Assembly (NCBI GenBank): GCA_963803705.1
Contig: CAWDNU010000004.1
Location: forward strand, 544,001 to 608,000
Origin: an uncultured Pseudobdellovibrionaceae bacterium
Lineage (GTDB): Bacteria; Bdellovibrionota; Bdellovibrionia; Bdellovibrionales; UBA1609
DNA length: 64,000 bases
Direction of reading: 5' to 3'
Part shown: positions 20,169 through 30,190 of the stretch, piece after piece
Layout of the letters: every line of letters starts with the position of its first letter
How positions within the stretch are numbered: the first letter of the stretch is position 1
Notes under the pieces: model-generated
Seen by the model: only the letters and a program-made list of their open reading frames with translations
Told to the model about the DNA's origin: nothing
Database searches by the model: none
Translations under genes and position numbers: made by a program

Positions 20169-21172
20169 ACTCTTTTGGTTTTGACAGGATAGATTATAAG
20201 GGGCTTCCCTCGACCTTGTGCACTGGCTGCGGTCACGACAGCATCACCACACAACTTATAAACGCATTATATCAACTTGAAATATCGCCCTATAAAATAA
20301 CCAAGCTTTCTGGAATTGGATGCGCTTCTAAAACTCCAGCGTATTTTTTAAACCAAAGCCATGGTTTTAATTCGATACATGGCCGAATGGCGCCAATAGC
20401 CACTGGTGTTCACCTTGCAAACTCAGAGCAAAAGCTTATTGGTATTTCTGGTGACGGCGATACAGCAAGTATTGGTATTGGCGGCTTCGTTCACATGCTT
20501 CGTAGAAATATCCCAATAGTTTACATAATGGCAAACAATGGGGTTTATGGGTTAACTAAGGGTCAGTTTTCTGCAACAGCTTCTATTGATCATGAAAGTA
20601 AACTTGGTGAGGTGCCAACCTCTCATCCCATTGATATCTGTCGTATGGCATTGGATTTAGGCTGCGGGTTTGTAGCACGAAGTTTTTCTGGAGATACCAA
20701 GCAAATGAACGCTGTTTTAAGCGCAGCCCTCAGGTTTAATGGCACGGCTGTTGTGGATATTATTTCCCCCTGTGTGACATACGCTAATCACCAAGGCTCT
20801 ACAAAAAGTTACGATTTTGCAAAACTTAATTTGAGCAGTTACCAAGAGGTTGAATTTTTAACCCATGATAAAATTCAAGAAATAGACAGCGCCCAAGGGG
20901 AAGTCAGCGAGATTCATTGGCCAGATGGTTCAGTGCTTCGCCTTAAAAAGTCTATGAACAGTATTGTCGATCAAAAGGTAGATGAAGTGATTTCGGCACT
21001 GAGAGAGGCCGAGAATCAAGGCCAAATTCTAACTGGTCTCTTTAGGTTAAATGATAAAAAGCCGACTTTAGCTTATAAGTTAAAAATCAATTCGCAACTT
21101 TATAGTTTGAATGAAAAAGATTTAAGAATACCTGAAGACAAGTTTGCTGAGTTAATGGATAGTTTTAGGTGA
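20165..21172 (+). CDS. 2-oxoacid:ferredoxin oxidoreductase beta subunit
   Basis: LCTGCGH, SGIGC, HGR, SGDGD, NNGVYGLTKGQ. Confidence 0.92.
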   Translation: MNSFGFDRIDYKGLPSTLCTGCGHDSITTQLINALYQLEISPYKITKLSGIGCASKTPAYFLNQSHGFNSIHGRMAPIATGVHLANSEQKLIGISGDGDTASIGIGGFVHMLRRNIPIVYIMANNGVYGLTKGQFSATASIDHESKLGEVPTSHPIDICRMALDLGCGFVARSFSGDTKQMNAVLSAALRFNGTAVVDIISPCVTYANHQGSTKSYDFAKLNLSSYQEVEFLTHDKIQEIDSAQGEVSEIHWPDGSVLRLKKSMNSIVDQKVDEVISALREAENQGQILTGLFRLNDKKPTLAYKLKINSQLYSLNEKDLRIPEDKFAELMDSFR

Positions 21173-21187
21173 TAAGCCGATCGAAAT

Positions 21188-21373
21188 TTTCAAATTTCTA
21201 TAAAGTTATGGGCCTTAAAGAGCTCAAGCAAGCATTGGCATTTGCTTTGCAGATTCTCGATTACCTATTTCTTTTTTTTTCCTTATGGTTATACCATTTA
21301 CAAATGTCGGTTCAGCAAACCTTCATGCCAAAGAACTCGTTTTTAAGGCCAATAACTTTATAGAAATTTGAAA
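21188..21373. repeat. Long palindromic element P3
   Basis: 32-bp arms 21188-21219 and 21342-21373 with 1 mismatch; inner TTGGCAT/ATGCCAA pairing; 24-mer 21324-21347 is identical to 57015-57038. Confidence 0.93.
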
Positions 21374-21425
21374 TATGTTTAACTTGGTATATAAGTAACT
21401 GCTGAAAAAAAAATCGAGGTGGAAA

Positions 21426-22316
21426 ATGAATGTTAAAAGCATAAATTTAAATATTTCAGGCTATACACTTAAAAGCATTCCCACCGGGCAATTTAAACTA
21501 GATGGTGGCGCTATGTTTGGTACTGTGCCTAAAGTTTTGTGGTCACGAACTAATCCTGCAGACGATCAAAATAGAATTTTAATGGAGAGTCGTGCATTAT
21601 TAATTCAATCGGCTGATAGAAATATTTTGGTAGACAATGGTAATGGAAGTGACTTTCGCTTAAAATTTGGGGACAAAGCTGGTGCTAAGTTTGAGCAGAT
21701 TTACGGAGTTGATAGTGGCGGCGTTAATTTAGCAAGCTCTTTAAAAAAAGTAGGCCTTGAAACTTCTGATATCACTGATGTGATTTTAACTCATTTGCAT
21801 TTTGATCATGCAGGTGGGTCTACAACTGATATAAAAGGTGAACTTGTTCCCACCTTTGAAAATGCCACTTACTATGTGCAAAATGACAACCTAACGACAG
21901 CTTTAAATCCAAATCGTAGGGAAAGAGCTAGTTATTTAAAGCCGAATTTTGAACCCCTACTTGCTGCTAACTGTCTAAAAACCTTAGATGGACCACAGGA
22001 ACTTTTTCCAGGAATTCATCTGTCTTTGACATATGGTCACACCAAGGCTCAACAAAATGTTTTAGTTAAGGATGACACCCAAGCCTTATTTTACTGCGCT
22101 GATTTAATACCAACTTCTACTCATACAAAGACAGCATGGGTGATGGGCTACGATCTAAATCCGTTAAAGATCATGGAAGAAAAAACTAATATTTTAGCCA
22201 AAGCAGCCGAAGAAAAATGGCATTTATTTTTTGAACACGATCCCTATTGTGATATGGCGCAAGTTGAATTCAACGGCAAAGATTATCAGGTTTTCCAAGC
22301 TTACAATTTAATTTAG
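21426..22316 (+). CDS. MBL-fold metallo-hydrolase (YtnP-like)
   Basis: LDGGAMFG.VPK.LW, THLHFDHAGG, GHT, MGYD, FEHDP. Confidence 0.9.
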   Translation: MNVKSINLNISGYTLKSIPTGQFKLDGGAMFGTVPKVLWSRTNPADDQNRILMESRALLIQSADRNILVDNGNGSDFRLKFGDKAGAKFEQIYGVDSGGVNLASSLKKVGLETSDITDVILTHLHFDHAGGSTTDIKGELVPTFENATYYVQNDNLTTALNPNRRERASYLKPNFEPLLAANCLKTLDGPQELFPGIHLSLTYGHTKAQQNVLVKDDTQALFYCADLIPTSTHTKTAWVMGYDLNPLKIMEEKTNILAKAAEEKWHLFFEHDPYCDMAQVEFNGKDYQVFQAYNLI

Positions 22317-22501
22317 GGGGTAATTAGACCCGAAGATGTCATGAAAATTTTCATAGAAAAAAACTAAGTCAAGATACCCGGCTTAAGCCCAACGTACGAA
22401 TCGATTTGTAATTACAAGTACTCATCAAGAATTATACAGTGAATTTAGTTAGCTACCTGTCAAAAATTTACACAACCAAATGGCTTTAGACTGAACTGCA
22501 G

Positions 22502-22518
22502 TTGGCACTATTACTGCT
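22502..22518 (+). promoter_or_regulatory. Putative sigma54 promoter
   Basis: TTGGCACTATTACTGCT: TGGCAC with GG-N10-GC spacing, about 140 bp before the 1027-aa gene. Confidence 0.55.
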
Positions 22519-22655
22519 ATACTTTAGCTGCTTTGTTAGATTAGTTGCACTGGTGGATTAGCTATACAGTTAAAACTGTTGAAATAGTTCGTCGGGTTCT
22601 CCTTTGTTTTTTAACATGCACCGCAGAAACATAAGAAATAAAAGGGTAAAAAGTA

Positions 22656-25600
22656 ATGAGATTATTTAAATTCCAATTTATTTTATTAGTCCTTCTAATA
22701 TCAACAGTTTCTTTCGCTGAAACTATGACAATTGGCATCTACGGTGAAAAGGGTTTTGAACCCACCGATGGAAGCTGTTGTGCAAACTCAACTAGATCAC
22801 CTAATCCTAGGCGCGGGGATCATGCCTCGCCAGGGGGACCAGGTGATCACGCTGATAGCTTAGATTTACGATTAGAAGACTCAAATCAAAGTTTGAATGG
22901 TCATGTGATAGTTTACGGCGCCATTTACGACGCTAAAACTGGTAGGACTCAATCAACTATCGATAAAAGTATAAGTTTAGACTCATCCATTTTTATTGAT
23001 GCCAGTGGCGGGAAAGGAGCCAGGGGTGGTATAGGCGGTCAGGGGCAAGATGGTTGCCATGGGAGTAAAGGGTCGAACGCTACTGAGCACTCCGCTGGTG
23101 GCAACGGCAGCCCTGGCTGTAATAGTGGCGGTGGTGGCGATGCGTCGGCAGCCCAAAATGGTGGTGATGGTGGTAAGGTGCGAGTGTTTATCCCTGCAGA
23201 TCAAACTCACCTTGCACTGCTCGTTAGTGCTGATGTGGAAGCTGGTCTTGGTGGCGAGCCAGGTCGGTCTGGCCTACCTGGTTATCCTGGTCGCGGTGGC
23301 GATGGTGGCGACTCGTTAAGATATATCGATCATTATGTAGATGAACCTGCTTGTCCAGAACCTGATAACGGTGGCGGATTTAACGGCGGAGGTGGTGGTA
23401 TCAATGATCTTGGCAATGGCTATGATAGCTTTGAAAGTGATGCCAGTCCCTATATCCTAGAAAACATTAAAACGGCCGGGCAAATAGCTGGTGATGTCTT
23501 AGCTACACTTATTGGCGTTAGCCCCGCCTACGCTTGCGGCGGCAGGACACCTATTTATGATACATCTCCAGGCGGGAGAAAAGGTCCTGATGGTAGCCCT
23601 GGTCCTCATGGCCGTGGTGATACAACAGCCGGAAGGCCTGGCAATGACGGAAGTTTTGAATTTATTGTGGAAGAGCCTGACGGTCACCAAAAAAGTTACA
23701 GCCGATCTTTTAATCTCGAGCTTTTAAGTTACAGCGTTCGTGACTTATTGCCAGGCGGAAATGAAGATGGTGTTTTTGAGCCAGGGGAAACCTTAACTAT
23801 AACTGATCTGCGTATTAAAAACACAAATCAAATGCCCAGCCCTCAATTGACCGACGTCATTTTATCTTTACAGACGTCTAACTGGATAATCACTAATCCT
23901 ATAGACAAAGTGCTCATACCTTATCTAAAAGGTGGGCAAGAGGCGACTTTAGACAAAATATTTTATGCTAAAGTCAAAAACAGTTTTACTGCCGGACGCG
24001 GTGAAGCTTGGCAGATTTCCGATTCTATTTTTCCTAGAGGATCCATACCTAGAATCAGCCGCACTGTAGAGGGGCTTAGTTTACCCAAAACAGTTTATAT
24101 GAGCTTTCCTATAGAGATCACACCAATCAGCTCTGTTTCAGTCATTGGACCTGGTGAAACTGCCCAAATCCAGTGGCGAGTGACCAATACATCACAAAGA
24201 AATTTCATCGGTCTTAATAATGCCAAACGAAAACTTGAGACCACTCTTACCAGATCTGGTGGGAATGCGCCGGCAGAAACTATAGATAAGTTGAAAATAG
24301 AGCTTAACGAACAAGGCCCCGGCCATTCTTTTTTAAGAACAATCACGGACCTAAAATCTAAAGAGTCTATAATAATATCTGGCCATATCGAATTTTCTGA
24401 TGAAGCTCAACCCTATACCAATGTTGAACTACGCTCGTCATTAGGCTTAGAACTCTTAGGCACTACCAATATGACCCCAATTATGAGTCATAGTCACAGG
24501 ATCAGCATTTCACAAACCTACAGGTATACTCCTGGGGCCTCAGTTCTACTTTTAACCCATTCAGGAATTGATACCAAAGAGTATCAGACCTGGCTTCAGG
24601 TTTTTGCAGATCTAGGATTAAAAGCTGACGTTTGGGACATTTCATACAATAGGTATCTAAATTTAGTTAAAGATTTAAACGAAAATATTAAGGGCAAATC
24701 ACTGTTAGAAAATTACAATGGTAATACTATTGTGCTTCTAAATAGTGTTATGCCAGATAACGGAAATTATCGCAGTCTAAGATTATTGAATAGATCGCAG
24801 TTTTATCAAGCTGCTTTAGAGAAAAATATTAACTTCTATGTTTTAGGTGGCGAACCTCAAGATTTAAAGTCAAGCTTAATTGGAATGCATCTAACACCAA
24901 ACAAGCTTTCACCGACCTTAGTTAACAAAGAGATCTTTTTAGACATTATTGGATCCGATGAAACTTTAGACCAAGCCTACTTAACGCCTAAAGCCAGCCA
25001 GGAAACATATCAAGCAGCCCAAAAGTATTTAAGGTCTGACATCAACAAAAATCAATCTTTGGTATTTATTAATGCAGGTCAAGAGACTCACTTGGCACTT
25101 TATCCAAGCCTTTCGCAGTTAAATGGGACAATGGTAGCTTATCCTGCAAACCAAAGGACAATGTCTGATGCCAGGTTTATTCAAAGCGAACAAAACCTGC
25201 GACCTTTGATTCTATCTTTATCAACAAACGCTAAAATTAGTAGTTTTTTACATGCCGCCAAATCAGGGAATAAAGAATATTTATCTTATTTAACTACTGC
25301 ATTACTGCATGACTTGATTGAAGCGTCATACGCTTATGCAGGCTCAAAAGGTGATAACCAAAAAAATAAATATATGGATAAAATCAAGTTGTTTTTAAAA
25401 GTAGCAAACGCAAGTTCAAACTTCAAAAGTGCCAAGGTTTATTTAGGACGAATTAGTGCCGCCCTTTTTGTGTTTGGTAAATCTGCAAATAATAAAGATC
25501 TCTTAGAAGTAGTCCAAGATATTTCAGATCAGTTAAATGGTGAAACAAAAAAACAATTTGACGAGTACGTCACCGCTTATAAAAAATATGCAGATAAAAG

Positions 25601-25739
25601 GGCTAGGTCACTAATTGTAAATTACGAAAGAACTTTTGACCTGTACAAAATGTTCACTTTGCCAGCTATAGGTAAATCACTTCATAGTCAAAGTGCAATG
25701 TTTGTACGCCCTACCCTAATTCAAGCAGGTGATTTGTAA
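22656..25739 (+). CDS. Large secreted protein with Gly-rich/collagen-like N-terminal region; function unknown
   Basis: Signal peptide ending SFA; G-x-x repeats in the first ~330 aa; EDGVFEPGE followed by beta-rich domains. Confidence 0.75.
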   Translation: MRLFKFQFILLVLLISTVSFAETMTIGIYGEKGFEPTDGSCCANSTRSPNPRRGDHASPGGPGDHADSLDLRLEDSNQSLNGHVIVYGAIYDAKTGRTQSTIDKSISLDSSIFIDASGGKGARGGIGGQGQDGCHGSKGSNATEHSAGGNGSPGCNSGGGGDASAAQNGGDGGKVRVFIPADQTHLALLVSADVEAGLGGEPGRSGLPGYPGRGGDGGDSLRYIDHYVDEPACPEPDNGGGFNGGGGGINDLGNGYDSFESDASPYILENIKTAGQIAGDVLATLIGVSPAYACGGRTPIYDTSPGGRKGPDGSPGPHGRGDTTAGRPGNDGSFEFIVEEPDGHQKSYSRSFNLELLSYSVRDLLPGGNEDGVFEPGETLTITDLRIKNTNQMPSPQLTDVILSLQTSNWIITNPIDKVLIPYLKGGQEATLDKIFYAKVKNSFTAGRGEAWQISDSIFPRGSIPRISRTVEGLSLPKTVYMSFPIEITPISSVSVIGPGETAQIQWRVTNTSQRNFIGLNNAKRKLETTLTRSGGNAPAETIDKLKIELNEQGPGHSFLRTITDLKSKESIIISGHIEFSDEAQPYTNVELRSSLGLELLGTTNMTPIMSHSHRISISQTYRYTPGASVLLLTHSGIDTKEYQTWLQVFADLGLKADVWDISYNRYLNLVKDLNENIKGKSLLENYNGNTIVLLNSVMPDNGNYRSLRLLNRSQFYQAALEKNINFYVLGGEPQDLKSSLIGMHLTPNKLSPTLVNKEIFLDIIGSDETLDQAYLTPKASQETYQAAQKYLRSDINKNQSLVFINAGQETHLALYPSLSQLNGTMVAYPANQRTMSDARFIQSEQNLRPLILSLSTNAKISSFLHAAKSGNKEYLSYLTTALLHDLIEASYAYAGSKGDNQKNKYMDKIKLFLKVANASSNFKSAKVYLGRISAALFVFGKSANNKDLLEVVQDISDQLNGETKKQFDEYVTAYKKYADKRARSLIVNYERTFDLYKMFTLPAIGKSLHSQSAMFVRPTLIQAGDL

Positions 25740-26884
25740 TGAAAAACTTATTTACTTTTTTTATTTTCGTTTCAGTGAGTCAACTTTCATGGGCTACCAA
25801 TCAATGTGAAGACTTTTTATTGCAAAATAATGTAAAGCCTGACTTAGTTCGAATTTATGCTGGACCTGGCGTAGTTATTCCTAGGGCTATAAAGTGTGAT
25901 TATTGTAAAGAACCACAACTTATGCCAGCCTCCTTAAAAGATTCTCGAATCAGTATTGTAAACAGTGCCGAAGAGGCACTTAACCTACAAAATCAAACTG
26001 GCGGTAAAGCCCCTAACCAGGCGGGAGCAAGCTTAAGATGTGATGGCTGTGGTGGTCACACTCCATTATGGGCCTTAGGCAGACCAGGTGAACCACCAAA
26101 GCCTATGGCAGTTACAACACGATTAGAAATATTAACAGACAAAGCAAGAAGCAAACGCTATGTTTTATTACCAGAGGAATACCAAGAACTAGCTAGAAAA
26201 GATTCTAACATGAATCGATTAGCTCTTGCTCAGCATATTGCTATTTGCCCCAACTGTTCCGTCACATCCATGACGCTTTCCAAGCCTAAAGAAGGTGTAA
26301 AGTGTTCGGGTTGTTCAGATACAGTCCCTCAAACCAACATTTATCATTTACCAGATATCATGAACGCTTCTGATAAAGCGACAAAAAATCAAGTGAATAG
26401 AAACGCCTCAGGCCCAGGGTCCACGACCCGTTCAAGAAGAAATATTCAACCTACGCCAGATCATTTAGAAACTATAACTTCTGGCCGTTCTGCTCTATCT
26501 ATGTTTATGAATAAATGGGTTGCAGGAGGAGTCACGGCCCTCACTTTACTGTCAGGCAGCTCTGCCTACTATGTTAATAACGTCCCTATGATTGCTGAAG
26601 GAAGTGTTATAAGTGTTGAAAACAATACGGCAACCGTTCGTTTTCAGGAGACTGTATATTTCAACAGTGACACTAATTTAAAAAACTACGAAGTCCGTGT
26701 TTTATTAAATGAACAAAACAGCCTACCAGGCGAAGAGCCTGCCCAAGTTGAAAAGGGCGATTATGTAACCATCCATTACAAGTGGTCCGATTTTCATATT
26801 TTGCCTTTTGTTTTTCACCCATATAGTGGAGCTGAATTTCAGGATGGGTCTTTTGTTGAGGGGAATGGTCTTAGAAGGCAATAA
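25739..26884 (+). CDS. Secreted/membrane protein with four CxxC motifs; function unknown
   Basis: Signal peptide ending SWA, then CEDFL; CDYC, CDGC, CPNC, CSGC; internal TM; TAATG overlap with the upstream gene. Confidence 0.72.
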   Translation: MKNLFTFFIFVSVSQLSWATNQCEDFLLQNNVKPDLVRIYAGPGVVIPRAIKCDYCKEPQLMPASLKDSRISIVNSAEEALNLQNQTGGKAPNQAGASLRCDGCGGHTPLWALGRPGEPPKPMAVTTRLEILTDKARSKRYVLLPEEYQELARKDSNMNRLALAQHIAICPNCSVTSMTLSKPKEGVKCSGCSDTVPQTNIYHLPDIMNASDKATKNQVNRNASGPGSTTRSRRNIQPTPDHLETITSGRSALSMFMNKWVAGGVTALTLLSGSSAYYVNNVPMIAEGSVISVENNTATVRFQETVYFNSDTNLKNYEVRVLLNEQNSLPGEEPAQVEKGDYVTIHYKWSDFHILPFVFHPYSGAEFQDGSFVEGNGLRRQ

Positions 26885-27028
26885 ACACAAACTTAAGCGT
26901 TTGTAGATCAATTCCATTTACTAAAATTATATTTCGCAATGAACAACAAGGCGTTGAACACCCGCCTAGCTAGCTGCTATTTTATTGATATACTTTTTAA
27001 AATTATTTCAATTATCAGGTTGATTTAA

Positions 27029-27519
27029 TCATTTCTCGGCATAGGTTCCCATAACCTTCTTAACCTCAAAATCTGTGGGTTTTTTATCTAATTTTTTATT
27101 TCGTTCCAAATTTTTCTATTCTTTTCTACAACCTCTTTAAGGACGCATCCCCTAGCATGATCTAGATAAATTGAAATAGCGGTGCGTCTCATTTGCTTAG
27201 ACTGAAGATCTATAGTCCATAACTGCACTCACCCAATTCACGAGCTTCACCTGCCCACATTATTCGCTCATCAAAATCATCGACTTCAGGAAGGTCGGTT
27301 TTCCACTCAGAGGCCCCATGACCGTCCCAAGATGATTTTGTCCTGGTGGTTTTCTCTAATAGGGTTGCTATTTTCCAATTAGTAGCCTGGTCTCACTGTT
27401 GGAACCGTCGTCAGCTATAACAACCAAAAAGGCTTTCTCAGTTTGAGCTATATAGCCCACTACGCTTTTTTAAGCCACTTTGCGAAATTGTAAGTTGATA
27501 AAATTATTGAAGTTTTCAT
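27029..27519 (-). pseudogene. Decayed GT2 glycosyltransferase, paralog of 31042-31860
   Basis: Manual translation gives MKTSIILSTYNFAKWLKK / GYIAQT..VIADDGSNSET / TTRTKSSWDGHGASEWK..FDER / SKQMRRTAISIYLDHARG, collinear with the intact GT2 but with frameshifts, stops and a large internal deletion. Confidence 0.9.
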
Positions 27520-27646
27520 AAAATTGCCTTGTACTAAAACTCGGTATCCACTGCAAATATATTGATACCTTTCGATTAATAATGTTACAAGATATTAAGA
27601 AACTCTACGTTATTAAAATTTAGTTATAGAAGTAGGTGCCAGAAAA

Positions 27647-28723
27647 ATGAACGAAGAAAGCATACCCTCAGAATTAAAAAGTAGAAGTGACGAAGAAATA
27701 GGTAAGCTTTTAAAACCTAGCAAACCCGACGCTGTACCTGTAGTCTTTGCTTCAGATGACAAGTTTTCCAAATATACATCAGTAGCAATAGAGTCCATCA
27801 TTCAAAATAGCAGTGCTAAAAACTATTATGATATATTTATATTGACAGAGGACATCAGCGAAGAGAATCAACGTAAGATTAATTCCCAGATAGCCCAAAA
27901 ACCTAACTTTTCTATTAAATTTTTTAACATGAAAGAAATATTAGAAAAATACAGTTTTTCAGCATCCATAGTTCTTTCCCATATAAAAAAGCCAGCTTAT
28001 TATAGGCTTTTCATGGCTTCTGTATTCAAGAACTTTAAGAAAGTCATTTATTTAGATGGCGACCTAATTCTAAATACTGATATACAAGAATTGTATAATA
28101 TAGATTTAGAAGAATTCCCAGTTGCCGCTGTAAAGGATTTTTTTATATCAAGCAAACAAGACTCAAAAACTCAAAAAAACTTTCAAGCATACGCCAAAGA
28201 AACCTTAAAAATAGATGATGTAGCAAACTATTTTAACTCTGGAGTTCTGCTTGTGAACATTCAGAAGCTACTAGAAATGAATATTGAAAAGGAGCTCATA
28301 CGGGTAGCTGGAATTAACAACAAATTTTTTCATGACCAAAATGTTTTAAACTCAGTTTTTTATAAAAATGTTAAAATAATAAATAAATTTTGGAATTATC
28401 AAAAATTCGAAAGCAGACTTTCAGATGAAGAAAATGTTAAGATCTTTCACTATTGCAACAAGTATAAACCCTGGAACTCAAAAAAAGTAAAGTTTAGCGA
28501 TCATTTTTGGACTTGCTCAAAGAATAGTCCATTCTTTGATGAGATCAAAGATATATTTGAATTTAAAACTAAAAAATTTAATTTTAATGATACAAGATTA
28601 AATTACATAATTAAAGTTAATTCTTTAAAAATTAGCGCATGTCTTGCTGTAAATAAAAAAACAAAAGAAAAGTTTAGAAAACGTCTTGAATCACTAACTA
28701 TAGATAATGGTGATTACAAATAA
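27647..28723 (+). CDS. Glycosyltransferase family 8
   Basis: YYRLF, KVIYLDGD, YFNSGVLL, HDQNVLN, FHY..KPW. Confidence 0.92.
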   Translation: MNEESIPSELKSRSDEEIGKLLKPSKPDAVPVVFASDDKFSKYTSVAIESIIQNSSAKNYYDIFILTEDISEENQRKINSQIAQKPNFSIKFFNMKEILEKYSFSASIVLSHIKKPAYYRLFMASVFKNFKKVIYLDGDLILNTDIQELYNIDLEEFPVAAVKDFFISSKQDSKTQKNFQAYAKETLKIDDVANYFNSGVLLVNIQKLLEMNIEKELIRVAGINNKFFHDQNVLNSVFYKNVKIINKFWNYQKFESRLSDEENVKIFHYCNKYKPWNSKKVKFSDHFWTCSKNSPFFDEIKDIFEFKTKKFNFNDTRLNYIIKVNSLKISACLAVNKKTKEKFRKRLESLTIDNGDYK

Positions 28724-28880
28724 ATAATGTCAGCAGAGAATGTTGGAAACATCGTATATGGGTGAATCTCGCCACTTCCTAATTTAAATATTTTAAGTTG
28801 ATTATATTCTTTTAACTAAAAATTGTGTTTGAAGCTTCGTACTCCCCTACTGCCGGAGTAAACTTTCTGCTAGCGTTACC

Positions 28881-30190
28881 TGCAGTAGTCACTAAAAGCG
28901 TTGACAGTTGCTCTCTCAGTTAGCAATTTTTAATTCATTTTATCAGTAGTCGTCACCCCCGTATTTTCTTTTTGTAAATTTGAAAGAGGTGTCGAAGACG
29001 AAGAGGCGTCAGCCTCTTTTTCTTTTCCTGGAAGCGGTTCTCCGTCCATCACATAGCGCTCATAGAGTGCGTAGCCCTGCTCCAAGGTTTCATAGGGCGT
29101 TTTGCCCTCGCAGTGCTTTCCTTGGTTTGTACGGTCCTTATTGTAGTAGTTCATAAACACATCCAGATCTTCTTGGAGTGTTTCAAGTGATGAGTACAAC
29201 TTTTTTCTAAATGCAATTTTATAAAACTCTTCATAAATTGTTTGATTTAGTTTCTCCACGCAACCATTAGTTTGTGGGCATCTGACTTTCGTTCTTGAGT
29301 GCTCAATATCGTTCAAATGTAAAAACAATGTGTACTTGTGCTGATCCTGTGGACCACAGTATTCACGGCCATTATCAGTCAGCACTCGAAGCACTTTCAT
29401 ATACTCATCATCAAAAAATGGAAGCACCTTATCATTTAGAGCATCAGCAGCAGACAGAGACGTCTTGTCTAAATACAATTTAGCAAATCCAACATTTGAA
29501 AACGTATCAATCATCGTTTGCTGATAAATCTTTCCAACGCCTTTAATGTAGCCTACATAAAAAGTGTCTTGTCCAAGCAGGTAACCAGGGTGGAAGGTTT
29601 CAACTTCGCCGTGGGCTTGTTTTTCTTCTTTAGCATCTTCTAAGGCTTGCACCTGACTCTCTGTTAAAACAATTCCTGCCTTTGCAGAGTGTTCTTCTAG
29701 GCGTTTCAACCTCAAGTGCTTTTTCTCAAGCTTGTGTCTTAACCAAATACTTCTGATGCCACCAGAACTGACGTTCACACCTTTTCTTTTAAGTTCATTT
29801 GCTGCTCGTGTTTGACCATGAGTCGGCCACTCTAAAGAGTAATCTAGAACTGCTTTTTCATAAATTTCTGACACTCGGTTTGCAACTCGTGCTCTCGACC
29901 TAGACTTTTCAATTAATCCATCCACACCATTCTCCATCACTGCGTCTTTGATATCGTAGTAATGTTGGCGGCTTACGCCAAGTCTTCTACATGCCTGAGA
30001 GATGTTTCCTAACTTTTCTCCAAGATCTAGTATATTTAGTTTTCTGTTTATTATATATTGTTGTTGAGTCATGGGACTCTTCTCCTTTGTTAAAATTTTT
30101 GTTTCACAACTTAATTCTAACTGAGAGAGTCCCTGTCTTTTTAGTCCTACCCAGACCTTAGTGATGTAAACGCACTATGATCCTCTGGCA
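28881..30190 (-). mobile_element. IS481-family insertion sequence, 1310 bp, 7-bp target duplication CGTTACC
   Basis: CGTTACC at 28874-28880 and 30191-30197; both ends begin TGC and carry GCGTTnACA at positions 18-26; subterminal perfect 13-bp IR at 28911-28923 and 30117-30129. Confidence 0.88.
28930..30072 (-). CDS. IS481-family DDE transposase
   Basis: N-terminal HTH (GNISQACRRLGVSR); rve core QDTFYVG, LTDNGREY, PQTNG.VE, YYN..R. Confidence 0.93.
   Translation of the reverse strand: MTQQQYIINRKLNILDLGEKLGNISQACRRLGVSRQHYYDIKDAVMENGVDGLIEKSRSRARVANRVSEIYEKAVLDYSLEWPTHGQTRAANELKRKGVNVSSGGIRSIWLRHKLEKKHLRLKRLEEHSAKAGIVLTESQVQALEDAKEEKQAHGEVETFHPGYLLGQDTFYVGYIKGVGKIYQQTMIDTFSNVGFAKLYLDKTSLSAADALNDKVLPFFDDEYMKVLRVLTDNGREYCGPQDQHKYTLFLHLNDIEHSRTKVRCPQTNGCVEKLNQTIYEEFYKIAFRKKLYSSLETLQEDLDVFMNYYNKDRTNQGKHCEGKTPYETLEQGYALYERYVMDGEPLPGKEKEADASSSSTPLSNLQKENTGVTTTDKMN

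Noticed and set aside
21169..21363. 64-aa ORF
   Set aside because: Coincides with palindrome P3 and has no recognisable protein motif
22980..23660. Gly-rich DNA as a tandem nucleotide repeat
   Set aside because: Repetition is at the amino-acid level; codons vary with no fixed DNA unit
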